Source: an uncultured Anaerolineaceae bacterium (GTDB taxonomy: Bacteria > Chloroflexota > Limnocylindria > Limnocylindrales > CSP1-4). Taken from it: a stretch of 40,772 bases of DNA. This document shows positions 36,072-40,772 of the stretch, in pieces. Within the stretch, counting starts at the first letter, position 1, and each line of letters begins with the position of its first letter. The notes under the pieces are model-generated. The model did no database searches, was not told where the DNA came from, and saw nothing but the letters and a program-made list of their open reading frames with translations. The DNA is taken from positions 1 to 40,772 of the forward strand of contig CAZVPS010000001.1 in the NCBI GenBank assembly GCA_964629105.1. Reading direction: 5' to 3'. Made by a program: the position numbers and the translations under genes.

Positions 36072-39000
36072 CTAGGCGGCGCCGCCGCGCCGCCGGCCGA
36101 CGAAGCCCGGACCCCGCGGTCCGGGCTTCTTCGCGCTCTCCACCAGGTCCTCGACCAGCCGCAGGCGGAGGGCGACCGTGGCCGCTTCCACCCGACCGCC
36201 GACGCCGAGCTTGGCCAGGATGTTCCCCACGTGGACGCCGACGGTCTTCTCGCTGATGAAGAGCCGTTCGCCGATTTCGCGGTTCGTCCGGCCGGCGACA
36301 ATCTCGGCCAGGACCCCCTGCTCGCGCGGGCTCAGCCCGAACGACGCGGCCGTCTGGCGGTCCGATCCACGCGGCTCGGCACGAGCAGAATCGGCCCAGC
36401 GCGGCGCGGGCGCCGGTTCCGGGATCGCCGCCGGTTTCGCCGACGCCGCCTCGAGCGCCGCGATCGCGGCCGGGGGGAGGACGATCCGGGCGCGACCCGC
36501 CAGGTCCGCGATCGCGCGCAGGAGGGGCATGGCACCGAGCTCGACCGCCAGTCCCGCGGCCTCCAGGAGGGGATCACGGGCGTCGTCGCGGCCCTCGCGG
36601 CGCGCCCCCGCGACCGCGGCCGTCCCGAGGTGGGCCTCGACCTGGCAGAAGAGCGCGCGGGCCACCTCGTAGGGCCTTCGCAGGGCGCGCCATCGAGCGG
36701 CAACGTCGACCCACGTCGCGGGGCTGTCGTGGCCGCGGATCCGGGCCGCGGAGGCTGCGGCCGTGGAGAGGTCGGCGTCGACCTCGCGGCGGACCCACGT
36801 GTCCTCGGGGACGCCGGAGGCCTCGACCATCCGCGCCGCCCGGCGGAGGATCTCGTCGCTCCAGGCCCGGGTGACGGCGACGCTCGCCAGGTCCCGGCGC
36901 TCCTGCGCGGCTGCCACGCGGGCCTGGGCGACGGCAAGCGCGGCAGCCGCGAGACGGGCTGCGAGCGCCCATTCCTCGGACCGCCGGACGCGCGCCCATC
37001 CCTCGTCGATGGCCCGCGTCGCGTCGGCGACGTCCCCGCGCCACAGGGCGAACGACGCGGCGGCCTGGTAGACCGGCACGGCCAGCTCGACGTACGGGAC
37101 GGTCTCGATCTCCAGGAAGAGCCGGCCCAGGAGGTGAGCTGCCGCCTCGGCCGCGGCCGTCTCCGTCTCCACGATGGCCAGGCCCAGCGCCGCGATCACG
37201 AAGGGCACGCCCGACGGCGCCCAGTCGAGCGCCCGCTCGGCCAGCTCGCGGGCCTCCTGCCAGCGCCCCAGGCTGATGAGGGCGTCGGCCGCGTTGCCGC
37301 GCAGGACGTTCCCGTGGACAACCTCCAGGCCGGCGGCCTCGGCCGCCTCGATGCCGCGCAACGCGACATCGACCGCCTCCTCGCGCAGGCCGCGCAGGTC
37401 CAGCGCATTCGTGAGGTTCGCGCGGGCCCGAAAGGCGTCGCCGAGGCGCGCCAGGTCGACGGCGATCGCGAGCGCCTCCTCGAGGCGGGCGACCCCGCGC
37501 TCGGGCCGCCCGAGCCACCCGTCGATGACGCCTTGCGTGCAGAGCGCATGGCCGCGCCAGGCACGCGCCTCGGCACCCACGGCATCGGCCTCCGTGACCG
37601 CCTCGTCCGCCAGGCGCTCGCCCTCCGAGTACGACCCCTCCAGCATCCGGACCTGGGCGATCGTCGCGAGGACCCGCACGCGATCCACGCTCGGCGTTCG
37701 AGGCAGGAGCTCCAGCGCGCGCTCGTACCCGGCCAGCGCACCATCCCGGTCGCCGCCGGACCATCGGTAGGCTCCGAGGCGCTCGACGAGGGCAGCGCGC
37801 GCGGCCCGGTCGTGCGGGTCCGGGTGACGCGCGAGCGCCGACTCCATGAAGGCCACGGCCCGGCCAGCGTCGCCCGCCCCATCCGAGGCCTCCGCGGCCC
37901 GGCCGAGCAGGTCCAGCTCGTCGGCCTGGCCGATGACCCCGACGGCGGCCGGCGCACCGGAGAGCTCGATCGCGAGCTCGAGATGCACGAGGGCGTCCCC
38001 CGCGGCACCGATGCGCTCCGCCTGGGCGGCAGCCTCCATCTCCGCCCGCAGCTCCCGTCCCGCCTCGTGGGCGCGATGCCAGTGGCGGCCGGCCTCGGCA
38101 GGGTGCGCGGCGAGCGCGGATGCGACCGCCGCGTGCATCCGCCGCCGCGACCCGGGCAGGAGGTCGGCGTCGAGGGCCGCCGCCAGCAGCTCATGGCGGA
38201 TGCGGACCAGGCGGGTCGCGCCATCGGACGCGCCGGCCTCGCCCGGAACGGCCTCGACGAACCCGTGCTGGACGGCCTCCTGGACCCCGGTCGCGAGGTC
38301 CGCTTCGAGACCACCACCGGTACCGCGCCGGGTCACGACGGAACGCGGGGCGGGCCGCGCGGACCGCGGGGCGGGTCGCCCCACCTCGGCGTCGTAGGCG
38401 GCGGCGACCGCGGCCATCTGCGTCGGAAGAAGCGGTCCGTCGGCGACCGCGAGGATCCGCAGGACCCGGCGGCACTCCGGGCTGCGGCGGGCCGCCCTGG
38501 AGACGACCAGCTGCTCGAGCGGAACCGTCAGAGAGGCGCCCGTCAACTCGCGACGCGCCGCCAGGATCTCCTCGGCGACAAGCGGATTGCCGCCGCATCT
38601 GTCCGCGACGAGGAGCAGGACGGGGGCTGACGGGGCGTCGCGCTCGTGGACGGCGATCAGGTCGCGAAGGGCCGCCCGGTCGAGCGGCGCCAGCGGCACG
38701 CGCCGCGCGGGCCGTGGGCCGGCATCGATCGCATCGAGCGTCGCGCGGAGCGGATGGCCGCGGCCGAGCGCATCGGGCTGGTAGGAGCCCACGATGGCGA
38801 TCGGGTGCCCGCCGAGCGTGCGAGCCAGGAACGCGAGGAGCGACCGCGAGGCCGCGTCCAGGACGTGGATGTCCTCGGCGACGACGACCACGGGAGTGTC
38901 GGCGGCGATGCGGACGAGCAGGCCGCGCACTGCCTCGTTGACCCGCTCGGCGAGACGCTCCCGGCTCGTGGGGTCCCCGGGGACGCCCGGGAGCCGTGCC

Positions 39001-39371
39001 GCCACCCCGGGGAGGAGCGGCAGGAGCAGCTCCGCGCCCGGTCCGAGGAGGCGGGCCACGGCGGCCGGCTCCCGGTCCGCGAGGAACCGTTCCAGGGCGG
39101 CGCAGAAGGGCGAGTACGGAGCCCCACGCCATGCGGGGAGCCCGCCGGCCCACAGGACGGCGACGTCCGGCAACCCCGCATCACCCGCGGTGAGCCGCGC
39201 GACAGCTTCGGCGATGATGCGCGACGCCCCCATGCCCGACGAGCCCTCGACCAGGACTGTGCCCGCCCGGCCGGCGCCCGCGGTGGCGACCGCGTCGATG
39301 ACGGCCTCGAGCTCGCGCTCGCGCCCGACGAACCGCGCTGGTGCGCCGCCACCCGCCATCATGCCGGGCAT
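36072..39371 (-). CDS. LAL/MalT-like LuxR-family regulator (NTPase-like N-domain, TPR-like middle, C-terminal LuxR HTH)
   Basis: C-terminal SPREQGVLAEIVAGRTNREIGERLFISEKTVGVHVGNILAKLGV. N-terminal FVGRERELE..VLVEGSSGMGAS P-loop-like region. ATG 39371 chosen because the upstream part of the 1325-aa track ORF is antisense to the methyltransferase. Confidence 0.85.
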   Translation of the reverse strand: MPGMMAGGGAPARFVGRERELEAVIDAVATAGAGRAGTVLVEGSSGMGASRIIAEAVARLTAGDAGLPDVAVLWAGGLPAWRGAPYSPFCAALERFLADREPAAVARLLGPGAELLLPLLPGVAARLPGVPGDPTSRERLAERVNEAVRGLLVRIAADTPVVVVAEDIHVLDAASRSLLAFLARTLGGHPIAIVGSYQPDALGRGHPLRATLDAIDAGPRPARRVPLAPLDRAALRDLIAVHERDAPSAPVLLLVADRCGGNPLVAEEILAARRELTGASLTVPLEQLVVSRAARRSPECRRVLRILAVADGPLLPTQMAAVAAAYDAEVGRPAPRSARPAPRSVVTRRGTGGGLEADLATGVQEAVQHGFVEAVPGEAGASDGATRLVRIRHELLAAALDADLLPGSRRRMHAAVASALAAHPAEAGRHWHRAHEAGRELRAEMEAAAQAERIGAAGDALVHLELAIELSGAPAAVGVIGQADELDLLGRAAEASDGAGDAGRAVAFMESALARHPDPHDRAARAALVERLGAYRWSGGDRDGALAGYERALELLPRTPSVDRVRVLATIAQVRMLEGSYSEGERLADEAVTEADAVGAEARAWRGHALCTQGVIDGWLGRPERGVARLEEALAIAVDLARLGDAFRARANLTNALDLRGLREEAVDVALRGIEAAEAAGLEVVHGNVLRGNAADALISLGRWQEARELAERALDWAPSGVPFVIAALGLAIVETETAAAEAAAHLLGRLFLEIETVPYVELAVPVYQAAASFALWRGDVADATRAIDEGWARVRRSEEWALAARLAAAALAVAQARVAAAQERRDLASVAVTRAWSDEILRRAARMVEASGVPEDTWVRREVDADLSTAAASAARIRGHDSPATWVDVAARWRALRRPYEVARALFCQVEAHLGTAAVAGARREGRDDARDPLLEAAGLAVELGAMPLLRAIADLAGRARIVLPPAAIAALEAASAKPAAIPEPAPAPRWADSARAEPRGSDRQTAASFGLSPREQGVLAEIVAGRTNREIGERLFISEKTVGVHVGNILAKLGVGGRVEAATVALRLRLVEDLVESAKKPGPRGPGFVGRRRGGAA

Positions 39372-39428
39372 TCTACGGGGGGGCGCCCTGCGGCAACCGC
39401 GCGGGGCCCGTCGCGCATACTCCCGCCC

Positions 39429-40379
39429 ATGGCGCGCGACGTCCACCCGGCCAACCAGCTGAACGAGCTCACCGGCGAGGAGTGGCTCTACTTCACGAAG
39501 TCGCTCCTCGTGACCGCCTACCCCTCCGAGCTGGGGCACGCGGCGCGGAAGCGGCACGGCGCGAACAAGCCGCCGCGCCTGATGTCCCGCCTCATCGAGT
39601 TCTTCACGAAGACCGGCGAGCTCGTGCTGGACCCCTTCGCGGGCGTGGGCGGCACGCTCCTGGGGGCCGCGATCGCACGCGGCCCGCGCCGGGCCATCGG
39701 CCTCGAGATCAACCCGGCCTGGGTGGCCGTCTACGCGGAGGTCGCGGCAGCGCTGGCAGCGGAGCGGGACGGGGCGGGGCCGCTCCTCGCCAACCTCGGC
39801 AACGCCGACCCGGGCGGGCCGCGCGGGTTCGACCCTTCGGGCTGCGAGATGCACGTCGGGGACGCGCTGGCACTCCTGCCGACCATCGCCGCCGACAGCG
39901 TCGACTTCGTCGCCACGGACCCGCCGTACACCGTCCAGCTCCCGCTCACGATGGCCGGCGGCCGCCTGGCGGAGGCGCACGCCAATCGCCGCACGGACTA
40001 CGCGATGGTCTCCGACGACCCGGCCGACCTGGCGAACGCCCCGACCCACGACGCGTACCTCGACGCGATGGAGCGGGTCTTCGGGGAGCTGGTGCGGGTG
40101 CTGCGACCGGGCCGCTACGCCGCGGTCATCGTCCGCGACGCCTACGTCGACGGGGTCTACCAGTTCACGGGAGCCGACCTCGCGGCGCGCGCGTCACGGG
40201 CCGGCCTCGTGCCGAAGGGGGACCTCGTCTGGTACCAGGCGGGCACGCGGCTCCGCCCCTACGGCTACCCGCGGGCGTTCGTCCCCAACATCACCCACCA
40301 GCACGTCGTGATCCTGCGCCGCGAGCCCGAGGGGGGGCGCCGCTCCGGGCGTCAGCCGCGGCCGCGCGCCGCCAAGTAG
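39429..40379 (+). CDS. orphan N4/N6 DNA methyltransferase (motif I before motif IV)
   Basis: HGANKPPRL..LDPFAGVGGT (motif I) lies about 100 aa upstream of FVATDPPY (motif IV). No nuclease partner is nearby. Confidence 0.8.
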   Translation: MARDVHPANQLNELTGEEWLYFTKSLLVTAYPSELGHAARKRHGANKPPRLMSRLIEFFTKTGELVLDPFAGVGGTLLGAAIARGPRRAIGLEINPAWVAVYAEVAAALAAERDGAGPLLANLGNADPGGPRGFDPSGCEMHVGDALALLPTIAADSVDFVATDPPYTVQLPLTMAGGRLAEAHANRRTDYAMVSDDPADLANAPTHDAYLDAMERVFGELVRVLRPGRYAAVIVRDAYVDGVYQFTGADLAARASRAGLVPKGDLVWYQAGTRLRPYGYPRAFVPNITHQHVVILRREPEGGRRSGRQPRPRAAK

Positions 40380-40624
40380 GCCATCAGGACGTCGGGGTCG
40401 ATCTCGGCCTCCTGGGCGTCGGGTGCCGCGATGACGTCCCCGAGCGTCATCTTGTGGAGCCATCCGGTGCGCCCGTCCGGGGTCTCGACGCGCCGGTAGA
40501 GCCCGCTCTGCTCCACCACCGCCACCTGGTCACCCTCGTCGAGAGACCCCACGGTCCCCGCCGTCAGCTCGTCCGGCCGGTCCAGGAGGCGAACGATCCG
40601 GTAGCGGACCAGCCGGCGCTCCAT
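40352..40624 (-). CDS. SH3-like domain protein (start uncertain; frame stays open to the window end)
   Basis: GDQVAVVEQSGLYRRVETPDGRTGWLHKMTLG fits a bacterial SH3 pattern. ATG at 40624, but the frame is open through 40772. The 3' end overlaps the methyltransferase stop region. Confidence 0.45.
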   Translation of the reverse strand: MERRLVRYRIVRLLDRPDELTAGTVGSLDEGDQVAVVEQSGLYRRVETPDGRTGWLHKMTLGDVIAAPDAQEAEIDPDVLMAYLAARGRG

Positions 40625-40772
40625 GCTCGCCGCCGCGGCGGGGCCGGTGAAGGCGAGGCGGCTGGCGGGCCCGGCGTCGATGCCCCGCACCGGGTCCGAT
40701 CTGCGGGCGGCGAGGAGCGACGGCCGGCGCCAGCGCGGGAGGTCGACGTCGGTGCCGCCGGTCCCCGGGTCG

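Noticed and set aside
39372-40049. N-terminal 226 codons of the 1325-aa LuxR track ORF
   Set aside because: This part is antisense to the well-supported methyltransferase and has Arg-rich composition. The regulator motifs begin right after ATG 39371.

Overview
High-GC (Actinomycetota-like) DNA. The window holds most of an integrated siphovirus-type prophage, plus an accessory island and a little host flank. (1) 278-17191, + strand: a complete packaging, head and tail module. It runs ParB-methyltransferase, TerS, TerL, portal, scaffold, HK97-fold capsid, connector proteins, major tail, frameshifted chaperone pair, tape measure, then minor tail and fibre proteins. (2) 17.2-31.2 kb: a visibly lower-GC accessory island, mostly on the minus strand. 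It contains a PD-(D/E)xK-like protein and a tightly packed four-gene operon: type III mod, type III res, a stand-alone Hanks-type kinase, and an unrecognisable 377-aa protein X. X is cleanly split by a 2736-bp IS21-family element (istA/istB, imperfect terminal IRs, 6-bp target duplication CTTCGC). Removing the IS and one duplication copy restores the reading frame exactly. Upstream on the same strand are a fused XRE-HTH/ImmA-IrrE metallopeptidase and two unknown proteins. (3) 31.2-35.6 kb, + strand: excisionase-like HTH, Prim-Pol/PriCT/SF3-helicase replication protein, and a large serine recombinase whose last codons run into the 3' end of tRNA-Pro(CGG). This is the likely att junction. (4) Host flank: a LAL/LuxR-type regulator with a degenerate Walker A, a divergent orphan DNA methyltransferase, and an SH3-like ORF. 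The best candidate for new biology is the mod-res-kinase-X operon and its XRE-ImmA plus two-unknown neighbours. Most long antisense ORFs in the track are high-GC artefacts.
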